From: Candidatus Pyrohabitans jungbluthii | GTDB lineage: Archaea; Hydrothermarchaeota; Hydrothermarchaeia; Hydrothermarchaeales; BMS3B | NCBI GenBank assembly: GCA_002010065.2 | Contig: MTMD02000008.1 | Span: forward strand, 224,001-288,000 | Direction of reading: 5' to 3' | Length of the DNA stretch: 64,000 bases | Part shown: piece after piece, positions 49,680-60,195 of the stretch | How positions within the stretch are numbered: the stretch's first letter is position 1 | Layout: each line of letters opens with the position of its first letter | Program-made: the position numbers and the translations under genes | The notes under the pieces: model-generated | The model's database searches: none | Seen by the model: the letters and a program-made list of their open reading frames with translations, nothing else | Told to the model about the DNA's origin: nothing

Positions 49680-49740
49680 AAAAATTTTAGTAACATCATG
49701 TTATAGTAACATTAGTTGTAAAAAATTTTAGCATGTTACC
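49680..49740 (+). promoter_or_regulatory. Phr-type heat-shock operator overlapping a promoter
   Basis: AAAAATTTTAGTAACATCATGTTATAG plus further GTAAC/GTTAC half sites. Confidence 0.7.
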
Positions 49741-49769
49741 TAGACTCTCACCATCTGGAGGCGGTGGAA

Positions 49770-50012
49770 ATGAGCGGGGAGATTGTAAAGATACTCTCAG
49801 GTGTGGTGCTGATCGTCCTGGGAATAGCGTGGTACTTTGTTCGCGTGCCGGTGCTCAGCGATGTGCTCAGTACTGGAACACTGGTGCCTTTCTGGCGCGC
49901 TTTGCTGGCCGCCTTCGCCGCTTGCTTCGGCATAGTCTTGTTGCTCGCTGGCCTTGTGATGGCCTGGATAGGTTATGACGATTACAGGGAGAGTCGAGAG
50001 GCAGAGACATAG
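49770..50012 (+). CDS. Small two-TM membrane protein
   Basis: 80 aa, two hydrophobic helices, GGAGG RBS. Confidence 0.7.
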   Translation: MSGEIVKILSGVVLIVLGIAWYFVRVPVLSDVLSTGTLVPFWRALLAAFAACFGIVLLLAGLVMAWIGYDDYRESREAET

Positions 50013-50061
50013 CCGTACAATAAACCTTTCCTTTGATATTAAAGTAACATGATGTGGAAAA

Positions 50062-50646
50062 ATGCGTGCGGATGAGTTACTCGACATACTGGGAAACCGC
50101 ACAAGGAGGGAGATAATAAAACTGGTGAGCGAGGAGCCCAAGTGCCTCTCAGAGCTGAGCAAAGAGACGGGCGTGGAGAAGATGGCGCTTGCAAGGCACC
50201 TCGACTCTATGACAAGGGCGAACATACTCACTGTAGAGGAGGAAAAGATAAAGCGGGGAAGGCCCAGGAAGTACTACGAGATAGCGGAGCATATCCAGCT
50301 CAAGGTGGACATCTCGCCAGAAGAGTTCTCAATGAAGCTCAGGACGCGCTCTCAGGGAGAGAGGGAGGACAGAGCTAGCAATGTGCACACCCTTCGCTTA
50401 GAGAGCGCAAAATCAATTTCTGACCCCCTCCAGAGGCTTGCAGCGCTTTCAAAAATTGCCGAAGATGTAAAAAAAGAGATAATGTATTACGAGGATGCCC
50501 TCCAGAAGGCGGAAGATGTGCTTGACGAAGTGAGGAGGGCAGGCAGGGAGGCTGTTGAAGAATTAAATCTGAATAAGTCTGAGAGACGTTCACTCCTCAA
50601 AGTTATCGGGTTAGGCGGTAAGTTTAACAATATATCCGAAACGTAG
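50062..50646 (+). CDS. ArsR-family regulator, Phr/HSR1-like
   Basis: LDILGNRTRREII...P..LSELS...HL...RGRPRKYY plus C-terminal coiled coil. Confidence 0.8.
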   Translation: MRADELLDILGNRTRREIIKLVSEEPKCLSELSKETGVEKMALARHLDSMTRANILTVEEEKIKRGRPRKYYEIAEHIQLKVDISPEEFSMKLRTRSQGEREDRASNVHTLRLESAKSISDPLQRLAALSKIAEDVKKEIMYYEDALQKAEDVLDEVRRAGREAVEELNLNKSERRSLLKVIGLGGKFNNISET

Positions 50647-50731
50647 CTGTATTGTGCCTCTTTGTGGATATAGGAGGCACAATTGAAAACTCAGGCTAAT
50701 TTGTTAATTTAAAGATAGAGGAGGTGATGAA

Positions 50732-51835
50732 ATGGGTGAAGTGAGGGTAGCAATTGCTGGGGTAGGAAACTGTGCATCCTCGCTGGTGCAGGGTGTTGAG
50801 TACTACAAGAATGCAAAAGACGATGAGTTTGTCCCGGGCTTAATGCACGTGAACTTCGGTGGCTACCACATTCGCGACATCAAATTCGTCGCAGCTTTCG
50901 ACGTAAACGCAAACAAGGTGGGCAAGGACCTTAGCGAGGCAATCTTCACAGAGCCCAACTGCACAGCCAAGTTCTGCGACGTACCAGAGCTTGGCGTCGA
51001 GGTACTCAAGGCACCAGTGCTCGACGGCATAGGCAAGTACCTGCGCGGCACAGTGCCTGTGAGCAGTCGTCAGAAGCCAGTGGACGTAGCCAAGGTGCTG
51101 GAAGAGGTGAACGCCGACGTGCTGGTGAACTTCCTCCCAGTGGGCAGCGCCAAGGCAACGCGCTACTTTGCTCAAGCAGCGATAGACGCAGGGTGCGGCT
51201 TTGTGAACTGCATCCCTGAGTTCATCGCCAGCGACAAAGAGTGGGCTGAGAAGTTCACCCGCGCAGGTTTGCCTGTCGCAGGAGACGACATTAAATCCCA
51301 GGTAGGCGCTACCATACTACACCGAACCCTGGTGCAGCTTCTCAAGGACCGTGGGGTCAAAGTGGAGGAAACCTACCAGCTCAACATAGGCGGGAACACC
51401 GACTTCCTGAACATGCTCCAGGAGAGCAGACTGAAGTCAAAGAGGATAAGCAAGACAGAGGCTGTGACCAGCGTTGTGGGCTACGATATACCCACACGCA
51501 TTGGGCCCAGCGACTACGTGCCCTTCCTCAACGACAACAAGCAGGCGTTCATCTTCGTGAAGGGCAGAAAGTTCGGCGATATCCCCCTGACGATACAGGT
51601 GCACCTCTCCGTCGAAGACTCACCCAACAGCGCTGGCGTCGCTGTCGACGCGATACGCGCCACTAAGCTGGCGCTGGACAACGGCATCGCAGGCCCGCTA
51701 GAGGCAGTGAGCGCCTACTTCTTCAAGCACCCGCCAGTGCAGTATCCAGACAGCGTGGCAAAGCAGCTCGTGGAGGAGTTCATCAGGGAGAATGCACGCA
51801 GCAAGGTGGCGCCAGAGCTGGCGCTGAAGGAGTAG
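50732..51835 (+). CDS. ino1: myo-inositol-1-phosphate synthase
   Basis: [37 protein letters not shown]. Confidence 0.95.
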   Translation: MGEVRVAIAGVGNCASSLVQGVEYYKNAKDDEFVPGLMHVNFGGYHIRDIKFVAAFDVNANKVGKDLSEAIFTEPNCTAKFCDVPELGVEVLKAPVLDGIGKYLRGTVPVSSRQKPVDVAKVLEEVNADVLVNFLPVGSAKATRYFAQAAIDAGCGFVNCIPEFIASDKEWAEKFTRAGLPVAGDDIKSQVGATILHRTLVQLLKDRGVKVEETYQLNIGGNTDFLNMLQESRLKSKRISKTEAVTSVVGYDIPTRIGPSDYVPFLNDNKQAFIFVKGRKFGDIPLTIQVHLSVEDSPNSAGVAVDAIRATKLALDNGIAGPLEAVSAYFFKHPPVQYPDSVAKQLVEEFIRENARSKVAPELALKE

Positions 51836-51838
51836 GCG

Positions 51839-53107
51839 ATGAAGGCCGTAGTTCTCGCCGCTGGCAAAGGGGAGAGGCTTGGCTCAAGCCTCCCCAAACC
51901 CCTTGTTAAGATTCTGGGCAGAACGCTCATTGACAGGGTTATTGATAGCCTGGAAAAAGCCGGGATAAAGGATATTATCGTGGTGTACAGCGACCCACGC
52001 GTTAAGGCTTACCTTGAGGGCAGAGTGGAGCTGGTTTACAACGACAACGTGGAGAGAGAAGGCGGTTACTCCCTGCTCAAGGGCACAGAAGCTGCGGGAC
52101 ATGAGCCCTTTGTACTTGTGATGAGCGATCACATCTTCGACTCAACCATTGTCTCGAAGCTGCTTGAAGCAAAACCTGCGACAACCACACTTTGCGTTGA
52201 CAGAAGCTTTGAAGGTCGCGACCTGGAGGAGGCGACCAAGGTACTGGTTGGAGAAGATGGGAAAATATTAGACATTGGAAAAGAGATAGCGGAGTACAAC
52301 GCCCTGGACACGGGCATATTCTACTGCACCCAGGATGTGCTCGAGGCGGCGAGGAGCTTCACCGGCAAATTTACAGTTACCGACGTGATGAAAAAGCTTG
52401 TCGCTCAGAGAAAGCTGCACGCCTTCGATGTAACCGGTCACTTCTGGTGGGATGTTGACACCCAGAAGGAGCTCAAGCGCGCAGAGGACGCGCTCCTTCG
52501 CAGCCTGATTAAACCGGTTGACGGCATCATATCCAGGCACATCAACAGAAAAATTTCCCTGAGAATCTCCCGCATGCTGGTGACAACGCCTGTTACACCA
52601 AATGCGATTTCCATCTTCAGCTTCCTGCTTGGCGCATTATCAGGCGCTCTATTTGCCTTTGGTCACGCCGCCCTCGCTGGAATAATGGCGCAGGTTTCAT
52701 CTATCATAGACGGGTGCGATGGGGAGATAGCACGCTTAAAAGGCATAGCTTCGCCATACGGTGCCTTTCTCGATGCAACCCTCGACAGGTATGCGGACAT
52801 GCTCATCCTGCTCGGCATCATCGCCTCGCAGCCAGAGAAGTACTGGCTGGTGGGCGGCTTGGCTATGCTGGGCAGCTACTCCATAAGCTACACCGGCTCA
52901 AGGGCGGAGATATATGGCATTACCTTTGTCAACCTCACAGAGAATCTCATGAAACGAGACATGAGGCTTTTCCTGATATTCCTCGCTGGCGTGGCGAACC
53001 AGCTCTTCGCAGTACTTCTCCTGCTGGCGGTGCTCTGCAATCTGGTGGTGCTGAATCGCTTTATCCAGTTCCCCAAGCTCCTCGCAGCAAGGGGTGTAAA
53101 AATATAA
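51839..53107 (+). CDS. Bifunctional IPCT/DIPP synthase (DIP pathway)
   Basis: LAAGKGERL nucleotidyltransferase fused to CDP-alcohol phosphotransferase DGCDGEIAR...G..LD...D. Confidence 0.9.
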   Translation: MKAVVLAAGKGERLGSSLPKPLVKILGRTLIDRVIDSLEKAGIKDIIVVYSDPRVKAYLEGRVELVYNDNVEREGGYSLLKGTEAAGHEPFVLVMSDHIFDSTIVSKLLEAKPATTTLCVDRSFEGRDLEEATKVLVGEDGKILDIGKEIAEYNALDTGIFYCTQDVLEAARSFTGKFTVTDVMKKLVAQRKLHAFDVTGHFWWDVDTQKELKRAEDALLRSLIKPVDGIISRHINRKISLRISRMLVTTPVTPNAISIFSFLLGALSGALFAFGHAALAGIMAQVSSIIDGCDGEIARLKGIASPYGAFLDATLDRYADMLILLGIIASQPEKYWLVGGLAMLGSYSISYTGSRAEIYGITFVNLTENLMKRDMRLFLIFLAGVANQLFAVLLLLAVLCNLVVLNRFIQFPKLLAARGVKI

Positions 53108-53119
53108 GGAGGTGGTAGC

Positions 53120-53250
53120 ATGCAGCTTATTGCTCAGAAGCAGGCGCATGCTGAAAGGCTCATCACCACCACATCTTCATTATGCCCCGAATGTCATGCT
53201 CTGCTTAAAGCGGAGATTTTTGAGCGTGAGGGGAGGGTCTATATGCTAAC
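53120..53250 (+). pseudogene. Tetraether lipid synthase (Tes)-like gene, N-terminal fragment
   Basis: TSSLCPECHALLKAEIFEREGRVYM with GGAGGTGG RBS. Confidence 0.75.
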
Positions 53251-53253
53251 CAA

Positions 53254-53446
53254 TTGTGCAAGAAGGTTTTCAAAAAGGAGGTCTACCACTTCAGAGGCGT
53301 CGCCGAAAGCGTGTTCGGAGCGATAGAGGTGAGATACGGAGCAAAAATCAGAGCACGAAAGAGAAAAACGAGAGCTATAGCTATGAACTTCGAGAGGGTA
53401 TTTAGGCAAAGGTCATTTGTTTTGGTGGTGATTCGTTGACAACCCG
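53254..53446 (+). mobile_element. DDE transposase C-terminal remnant (IS5/IS1182-like)
   Basis: YHFRGVAESVFGAIE fits the Y-x2-R-x3-E signature. Confidence 0.6.
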
Positions 53447-53491
53447 TTTGGAGGGTTAAATATTTATAGGGCTTTTTAATCTTGAATAAGT

Positions 53492-54484
53492 ATGCGTCAA
53501 ATTAGCAATAATAATACGTATGAACGTTATAATTTACCTCGATTTATTTTAATATTAATCGCAATGAGTTCTATAACGCCTATTCTTGGAATTTTAAAGG
53601 AAATTTTCCCTAAAAGTCCTAATCTTTTCAATGTTGGTTATTTGTTCTCTATTGGTGTAATATTAATGTATGCATATAAGTCTGAGATTTTGGATGCATT
53701 ACGCTTTATTATTCCAAATAAAAAAATCCAAATGGAGAAGAGGTATACGACTCTTAGTATGATTTTATTTTTTACTGTTTTTATTTTATTAAATTCGTCC
53801 ATTTTAATAACTTCTTACACAGGAATCGATATGTATGGCTTTTTTGATAGATATTCAAAGTTAATTACCCTTACACTTAATGTAATAATAAATACATTGT
53901 TAGCTATTTTGGCGACTTTAATTTTTCAGTACCTTTACATACAATATGAGCGAAAAGATAAAAGTTGGAGGTCAATACCTATAACTTCAAGTACATTTAA
54001 ACTTGTTTTTATTCCATTAATCATTGTCTATATACCAATAGCTATAATGGGAAATGGAGGAATATATTATTTAGAAGCGTTCTTTCCTTTTGCATTAGCG
54101 TTTCTAGCTATTATTGGTTATACACATCCTTCAAATAAAGTTGAATTATTTATATTCAAACTACTATTAGTTACGTGTGTAATTTGTATGGTTTCTGGTT
54201 TTATTTTGGCTTCAATTGGGCTATTATTTGTTCTTAAGGATATTAAGACACCTACGAAGTGGGAAAGTATTATATCTTCCAAGGAGATTGATTGGGCAAA
54301 ACTTAATTACTCTCAAGAAAATTTTAAAGATGAATATAAAAATAAATTCAGAACAGGATTTTCCTGGAAAGTTATTATCGACATGATATATTTGGAATTC
54401 ATTGGAGTTATTACAACTTTAATAATCTACAGTCATCAACGCTCTTGCTTCCAACATAACTCAGCGGTGGTAAGAGACAATTAG
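53492..54484 (+). CDS. AT-rich polytopic membrane protein of unknown function
   Basis: 330 aa with about 8 hydrophobic segments; composition unlike the flanks. Confidence 0.7.
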   Translation: MRQISNNNTYERYNLPRFILILIAMSSITPILGILKEIFPKSPNLFNVGYLFSIGVILMYAYKSEILDALRFIIPNKKIQMEKRYTTLSMILFFTVFILLNSSILITSYTGIDMYGFFDRYSKLITLTLNVIINTLLAILATLIFQYLYIQYERKDKSWRSIPITSSTFKLVFIPLIIVYIPIAIMGNGGIYYLEAFFPFALAFLAIIGYTHPSNKVELFIFKLLLVTCVICMVSGFILASIGLLFVLKDIKTPTKWESIISSKEIDWAKLNYSQENFKDEYKNKFRTGFSWKVIIDMIYLEFIGVITTLIIYSHQRSCFQHNSAVVRDN

Positions 54485-54557
54485 ACGGGGTTAAGGGTAT
54501 GTTCTCAATACTCCAATGAACTCTGGTATTACACCTAACTTAGAAATGGAAGCGTAG

Positions 54558-55749
54558 GACTTCTACTGGGGTGACAAACCGCTGCAACTTAGCGTGCTGG
54601 TATTGCTTCTACTACGCGGAGCGAGCGGGCTATGTTTACGAGCCCTCTCTCGAGGACATAGAGCGGATGCTGCGCTACCTTAAGGCACAGAAGCCTGTGC
54701 CGTGCAACGCTTTGCAGATCACCGGCGGCGAGCCCACGCTGCGTGAGGATATAGTGGAGATTATTAAGCTCGCAAAACGCTTAGGCTTTGACCACGTGCA
54801 GCTCAACACCAACGGCATAAAGCTTGCAGAAGATGCTGCGCTCGCGAAGGCAATAGTTGAGGCTGGGGCGGGAGTGGTGTACTTAAGCTTCGATGGTGTC
54901 ACCGCTAAAACCAATCCCAAGAACCACCGCTACATCCCTAAAATACTCTGGAATGCAAGAAGCGCAGGTATGAAGCTCGTGCTTGTTCCTACGGTGATAC
55001 GAGGAGTAAACGACCATGAGCTTGGGGATATAGTGGAGTTTGCCTTCACCAACCTCGATGTTGTACGCGGCGTCAACTTCCAGCCTGTTTCGCTTGTTGG
55101 TAGAATGCCCCAGGAGGAGCGGGAGAAGCACCGCATAACCATACCGGACGTTATTCGCGCTCTTGAGGAGCAGACCGGGGGAGCAATAGCGCGGGAGGAC
55201 TTCTACCCGGTGCCCAGCGTTTCCGCGATTTCCCACATTGTCGAGGCGCTCACAGGGAGAAAGCAGTACGAGCTTACAACGCATTTCGCGTGCGGTATGG
55301 CGACGTACGTCTTCAGAGACGGCAATCGCGTTGTGCCGATAACGCGGTTTATAGATGTTGAGGGGCTGCTGGAGTACCTCAACGAGAGCGCAGAGCGAAT
55401 CAATGGCGGAAGCAACAAACTGATGGAGAGGATAAAGCTTATCTCAGGAATAAGGCGCTTTATTGACGCGAGCAAAGCGCCAAAGGGGCTGAATGTGTAC
55501 TCGCTCCTCTTCGCTGCGCTGGTGCGCCACGACTACCGCGCCCTTGCGAAGTTCCACCATAACGCGCTGTTTATAGGGATGATGCACTTCATGGACCTGT
55601 ACAACTACGACATCGCTCGGGTCAAAAGGTGCTCCATCCATTACGTCACCCCTGACCTGCGCACCATACCCTTCTGCGCCTTCAACGTCTTGCCAGAGTA
55701 CTACCGCGATGCGATGCAGAAGGAGTACGTGGCGAAGAGGCAGGAATGA
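54558..55749 (+). pseudogene. Tes-like radical SAM gene, C-terminal part
   Basis: TNRCNLACWYC, GGEPT, NTNG, QPVS..GR, CG.ATY, RCSIHY..PD...PFC; out-of-frame DFYWGD remnant at 54558-54575. Confidence 0.8.
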
Positions 55750-55750
55750 C

Positions 55751-56275
55751 TCAGTCTCCACCCTTGCCCGACTTTGAAAACTCACGGGGGTGACGCCTCT
55801 TACCCCTGCGCCTGAAGATGTCTCTCAGCTCCGTATGGATAAAGCCCTTCTCCTCTATGTCGGCGCGCTCCTCCTTTACAGTGAGCTTTATCACAACCAC
55901 AAGGGCAAGGATGAAGAAGGTTGCCATTCCAAGGGTGAGAGGTGGGATTTCAAGGGCGCCTGTGAGTATCACCTCCCTGAGCACGGCAACGAGCGCAATC
56001 TCTGCCATGAAGCTCACAGCAACGCGGTGCTCCTTAAGGTAAACTATGAGCATGCGGTAGGTCTCAACCAGTATCATTATGTACAGAATCTCTGAAACCA
56101 CGCGCTTGAATTCAAAGGCGTGGGATATCTCAAAGACTATCTTAAGGAGCACCTTCAGGCTTACGTAGAAAATTATGATGGAAAGGGCGATTATTATAAG
56201 GTCTTGGGTGGTCTCCAGAGTCTTCCTGAAAACATCGTGAACTCTGCGGTAAAGCACCTGTTGCTCCTCGCTCAT
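55751..56275 (-). CDS. PsiE family membrane protein
   Basis: ILVETYR..Y...H.V...EIALVAVLREVI. Confidence 0.75.
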   Translation of the reverse strand: MSEEQQVLYRRVHDVFRKTLETTQDLIIIALSIIIFYVSLKVLLKIVFEISHAFEFKRVVSEILYIMILVETYRMLIVYLKEHRVAVSFMAEIALVAVLREVILTGALEIPPLTLGMATFFILALVVVIKLTVKEERADIEEKGFIHTELRDIFRRRGKRRHPREFSKSGKGGD

Positions 56276-57420
56276 TTTCTCCCACCCAGCTTTGCGCGCG
56301 TCGTCATAACCTCTCCGCCGCGAACGAAGGTTATCTCTATCTCCTGCCCCACCTGCTTGGAGGATATAATTTCCACCAGCTCCTCCATGGAGGCGACTTT
56401 CTCTCCATCTATCTCAACGATTATGTCGCCGCCTATTGTGAGAATGTAGCCCCGGTAAATTACCTGCACCTCGCCGCCGCGCAGACCCGCTTTATCTGCA
56501 GGACTGCCTGGCACTACCTCAACAACCATAGCACCCTCCTTTACGGGAAGGTTAAGCACCCGCGCGAGTTCCTCGGTGACTGTTATACCCGTTATGCCGA
56601 GCCACGGGCGACGCTTTATCTCTCGATCTTCCTGAATCATCCTCTCCATTATAACCTTAGCCTTGTTTATGGGTATCGCGAAGCCTATGCCTATGCTGCC
56701 TCCGCTTGTAGTGAGTATGGCAGTGTTTATCCCTATAACCTCCCCGCGAGAGTTCACCAGAGGCCCACCGGAGTTGCCAGGGTTAATAGAGGCGTCCGTC
56801 TGTATTAACCCCTCCATTATGTAGCCATGCTCGCTGCGTATACTCCTGTTCAAGGAGCTCACTATGCCCATCGTCGCTGTGCGGTCCAACCCAAATGGGT
56901 TACCTATCGCTATCACCAGGTCGCCCACGCGCAGCGTTGAGGAGTCCCCCAAGGGGGCTACTTCCAGGTTCTCAGGGGGGTTGAGGATTTTTATCACAGC
57001 TATGTCGTTGGCAGGGTCGCTCCCTATTAGCTCCGCCTCATAGCTCTCCCCGCTGCTCAGTGTTACCTCAATCTCGTCGGCATTCTCAATAACGTGGTTG
57101 TTTGTGAGCACGTACCCGTCCTTGGTGACAACTATACCAGAGCCTGTGCCGCGCTGAGGGATTACCTCAAAGAAGAATCCACGCCTGAGCACCGTCGAGG
57201 TTATGTGAACCACGCTGGGTGAAACTCTGTTGTAGGCGAGGTTGACCACATCCTCAATCGAGCCCGTGATGTTAATCACCGTATACTTCGTCTCCACCTC
57301 TGGCGCAGGCTTCTCCAGAGAGAGAGTGGCGAGATAGCCACCTGCAGCACCCGCAACAAGCGCAACGAGCATGTAGGAAAGGAGTTTCACCACTTTATTT
57401 GGCTTCAATTTACCCACCAC
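56272..57420 (-). CDS. HtrA/DegP-like serine protease with PDZ
   Basis: GTGSG, TNNHV, GNPFG, QTDASINPGNSGGP, PDZ. Confidence 0.93.
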   Translation of the reverse strand: MVGKLKPNKVVKLLSYMLVALVAGAAGGYLATLSLEKPAPEVETKYTVINITGSIEDVVNLAYNRVSPSVVHITSTVLRRGFFFEVIPQRGTGSGIVVTKDGYVLTNNHVIENADEIEVTLSSGESYEAELIGSDPANDIAVIKILNPPENLEVAPLGDSSTLRVGDLVIAIGNPFGLDRTATMGIVSSLNRSIRSEHGYIMEGLIQTDASINPGNSGGPLVNSRGEVIGINTAILTTSGGSIGIGFAIPINKAKVIMERMIQEDREIKRRPWLGITGITVTEELARVLNLPVKEGAMVVEVVPGSPADKAGLRGGEVQVIYRGYILTIGGDIIVEIDGEKVASMEELVEIISSKQVGQEIEITFVRGGEVMTTRAKLGGRK

Positions 57421-57502
57421 CAGCCCAAAGAGGATTAAGTTGATTATGCTCTCTCTTACTATAAAAACCCTTCCAGGCGGAGCAGCATAACGAGGTCAGC
57501 AT

Positions 57503-57527
57503 TTTTAGTAACATGATGTTACTAAAA
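57503..57527. promoter_or_regulatory. Perfect palindromic Phr-type operator
   Basis: TTTTAGTAACAT-G-ATGTTACTAAAA between the divergent htrA and hsp20 genes. Confidence 0.8.
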
Positions 57528-57559
57528 TTTTTGACAGCGTGAGGGTGCATGGAATGGTA

Positions 57560-57580
57560 TAGTAACAAAAAGTGACTAAA
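57560..57580. promoter_or_regulatory. Second Phr-type operator
   Basis: TAGTAAC-AAAAA-GTGACTAAA just before the hsp20 RBS. Confidence 0.7.
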
Positions 57581-57594
57581 AGGAGGTGATGTGC

Positions 57595-58095
57595 ATGTGG
57601 AGGAGAAGGAGGATATTTGATGATTTCTTCCGCGAACTTGAGGAAGTTGACAGGCTCTTCGACAGGATGTTCGAATCAATGCGCTCATGGCAGGGTGTCA
57701 ACCTTGAGGAGCCTCTCTACTGGGGATTCTCAGTGCGAGTAGGACCAAGTGGTGTACCCGAGATTCAGACCTTCGGCAATGTGGAGACCTCGCCAACGCT
57801 TCGCGCAGGCGTTCGCGAGCCCTATGTGGAAACAATGGTGGACGAGAAGAACGGCGAACTCGTGGTCACGGCGGAGATTCCAGGCGTTACCAAGGAGGAC
57901 ATAAAAATCAACGCCACAGAGAGCAGCGTTGAGATAGAGGCAGAGCGCGATGACAGGAAGTACCATAAGGTTGTTGCCCTTGATGCTGAGGTTGATCCCA
58001 GCTCTGCGAAGGCAAGGTACAACAACGGCGTACTCGAGATCAAGTTCAAGCTCAAGGCTCCGCCCAAGAAAGGTGTTAACGTAAAAGTTGAGTAA
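57595..58095 (+). CDS. Small heat-shock protein Hsp20
   Basis: AEIPGVTKEDI, ARYNNGVLEI, C-terminal VKVE. Confidence 0.92.
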   Translation: MWRRRRIFDDFFRELEEVDRLFDRMFESMRSWQGVNLEEPLYWGFSVRVGPSGVPEIQTFGNVETSPTLRAGVREPYVETMVDEKNGELVVTAEIPGVTKEDIKINATESSVEIEAERDDRKYHKVVALDAEVDPSSAKARYNNGVLEIKFKLKAPPKKGVNVKVE

Positions 58096-58108
58096 GGAGG
58101 TGGTGGGA

Positions 58109-58549
58109 ATGATGCCAGCAGTGTGGGAGGAGATTCGCCGACTTGAGGACAGGATGAACCAGCTCTTCCGTGAGCTCTGGAGCAGCTTCCCCCGCGCAGA
58201 GGAGCGCTTCCCAACCATTGCGGGAGTACGCAGCCCCTTCTGCGATGTGCAGGAGACTGACAAGGAGATAATCATAACCGCAGAGCTTCCGGGGGTTAGC
58301 AAGGAGGACATAAAGATAAACGCCACAGAGCACGAGGTGGAGATAGAGGCAGAGGTAAAGCGTGAGGAGGAAGAGAAGAAAGAAGGTTACCTCCGCAGTG
58401 AGAGGCAGTACTCCAAGTTCTACCGCTGCCTTGCTCTGCCAGCGGAGGTTGATCCCGGCAAAGCCAAGGCAACCTACAAGAACGGCGTGCTTGAACTTCG
58501 CTTACCTAAGGTACATGCAGAAAAGAAAACCAGCATAAAAGTTGAGTAG
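58109..58549 (+). CDS. Small heat-shock protein Hsp20
   Basis: ELPGVSKEDI, ATYKNGVLEL, IKVE. Confidence 0.92.
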   Translation: MMPAVWEEIRRLEDRMNQLFRELWSSFPRAEERFPTIAGVRSPFCDVQETDKEIIITAELPGVSKEDIKINATEHEVEIEAEVKREEEEKKEGYLRSERQYSKFYRCLALPAEVDPGKAKATYKNGVLELRLPKVHAEKKTSIKVE

Positions 58550-58552
58550 TCT

Positions 58553-59329
58553 TTATTTCCTTTTTTCTTTCCACTGTTTGAGCATAGCCTCGTGTCTGAG
58601 GCAAAGCTCCGGCTCTGAGAACTGGGCTTCTATAAGTTCTTCCTGCCAGTGGGCATTGTAAAGCCTGCATCGCTTTTCTTCACAAAAAGCTTCGCCAAAG
58701 AGCTGGTAAAACAACACCTGCAACGCGTAGCCTTTAAGCACCTCTCCCATGCGCACATCGCCATAATCTAAAATTTTTTGCCTGAGCTTCTGCTTGAGCT
58801 GAGCCTCAGCAAGGGGGTCTTCTCCGAGAAGGCGACGCTGAAGGTAAAACTCCGGGGGCTTTGCAGGCGCTTCGACAATGCCCGAGGTGGAGATTATCGC
58901 AGGGTAGCCCAGGATAACAGCGCGCGCATGGTACCGCCTGTCGTCGGTGTCGTAAGTTGCAAGGAGGCGAGATGTTATCACCAGGTGAAGCTTATCAAGG
59001 CTGATTTCACGCCTCGGGAGAAGGCTACGCATATAGCTCTGCAATGCGAAGCCGTCGTACAGCACGCCTCCAGCCTTTGCTTTGCCAGCAAGTACGCGCT
59101 GCTCATATTTAATCTCGCCGTACAGAGGCTCCTCCTGTACTACTGGCTTAGCCGGGTCGAAGATGCGCATCTTCGCTAGAGCTTTCGCCACATCTTCCAA
59201 GCTATGAGCAAATCTCGAGAAGAATCCCCCTCTCACCTCCACCCTTGCGCCCTTCTCCTCGAGGTAGCGTGCCAACTCGTGAAAGTCCAGTTCCTCTCCA
59301 CTTACCTCATTGTAGATAAAAATTTCCAT
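58553..59329 (-). CDS. Putative metallopeptidase (DUF6775-like)
   Basis: DRRYHAR, EAPAKP, FCEEKRCRLYNAHWQEE. Confidence 0.65.
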   Translation of the reverse strand: MEIFIYNEVSGEELDFHELARYLEEKGARVEVRGGFFSRFAHSLEDVAKALAKMRIFDPAKPVVQEEPLYGEIKYEQRVLAGKAKAGGVLYDGFALQSYMRSLLPRREISLDKLHLVITSRLLATYDTDDRRYHARAVILGYPAIISTSGIVEAPAKPPEFYLQRRLLGEDPLAEAQLKQKLRQKILDYGDVRMGEVLKGYALQVLFYQLFGEAFCEEKRCRLYNAHWQEELIEAQFSEPELCLRHEAMLKQWKEKRK

Positions 59330-59330
59330 T

Positions 59331-60113
59331 TTACTCTCTTTCAAGCATCTCCAGCGCAACCTCTGCGGCGCGCTTACCCGAGAGAAGCATTGCTCCGAAG
59401 GTCGGGCCCATTCGCGGCAACCCGTACACGGTGGAAACCGCCATGCCAGCGACGATTAAGCCGGGATGAGCCTCGCCTGTGTGCTCCACCACGGCGTCTT
59501 CGCTGCGCTCCACCCACATGGCACCGTAGCCGCGCACTTTCATCAGCCCTCTCCTCACGAGTGCGTTGACCACCTCTGCATCGTGGCCAGTGGCGTCTAT
59601 AACCACCCTTGCCTGAAGCGATATTGGGTCGACACAGGTTATCTCACGAGGAAGCGCAGAGATGGGCGTCCAGTTGATCACAACGCCAGCGACGCGGTTG
59701 CCCTCGCGTAGCACCACATCATCGACCTTGGTCATGTTAAGAATTCTCGCACCTGCGTCGCAGGCGGCGGCGATAAGCTTTGAGCACGCATGCGGGCCGT
59801 CGGTTACGTAGAGACCCTTAACGTACTCCTGGTAGGGCACGCCTATCTCGTCTAGCACCTTTTCGCCAGGAGCGCGCACTGTAACCTTATTCATCAGATA
59901 ACCGCCTATCCAGAAGCCTCCGCCTAGGTAATTGTTCCTCTCAATTATGAGGGTCTTTACACCCTTTGAGGCAAGCTCCTTGGCTGCGGTCAAGCCTGCG
60001 GGGCCGCCTCCAACTATTATAACATCGCTTTCAGCATACTCGCTGAGCATGCGCGAGAACTCGCCAACTATTGCCTGAGTAACATCCTTTTCCTCTACCT
60101 TCTCGAAGATCAT
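59331..60113 (-). CDS. thi4: Thiazole synthase Thi4
   Basis: [39 protein letters not shown]. Confidence 0.93.
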   Translation of the reverse strand: MIFEKVEEKDVTQAIVGEFSRMLSEYAESDVIIVGGGPAGLTAAKELASKGVKTLIIERNNYLGGGFWIGGYLMNKVTVRAPGEKVLDEIGVPYQEYVKGLYVTDGPHACSKLIAAACDAGARILNMTKVDDVVLREGNRVAGVVINWTPISALPREITCVDPISLQARVVIDATGHDAEVVNALVRRGLMKVRGYGAMWVERSEDAVVEHTGEAHPGLIVAGMAVSTVYGLPRMGPTFGAMLLSGKRAAEVALEMLERE

Positions 60114-60195
60114 GGCTATCAACCTCTGAAGCTTACTCTACCCTAACCTGCACAGCAATATTAAAAGAAGTCAGGGGTCTTGCGACCCCTCTGTA

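Noticed and set aside
54450-54540. attC site after the AT-rich membrane gene
   Set aside because: TAAC and GTTA words exist but I could not build paired L and R boxes.
53250-54557. Intron or intein in the Tes-like gene
   Set aside because: No intein termini or splicing structure seen, and coding sequence is also deleted, so splicing could not restore the gene.
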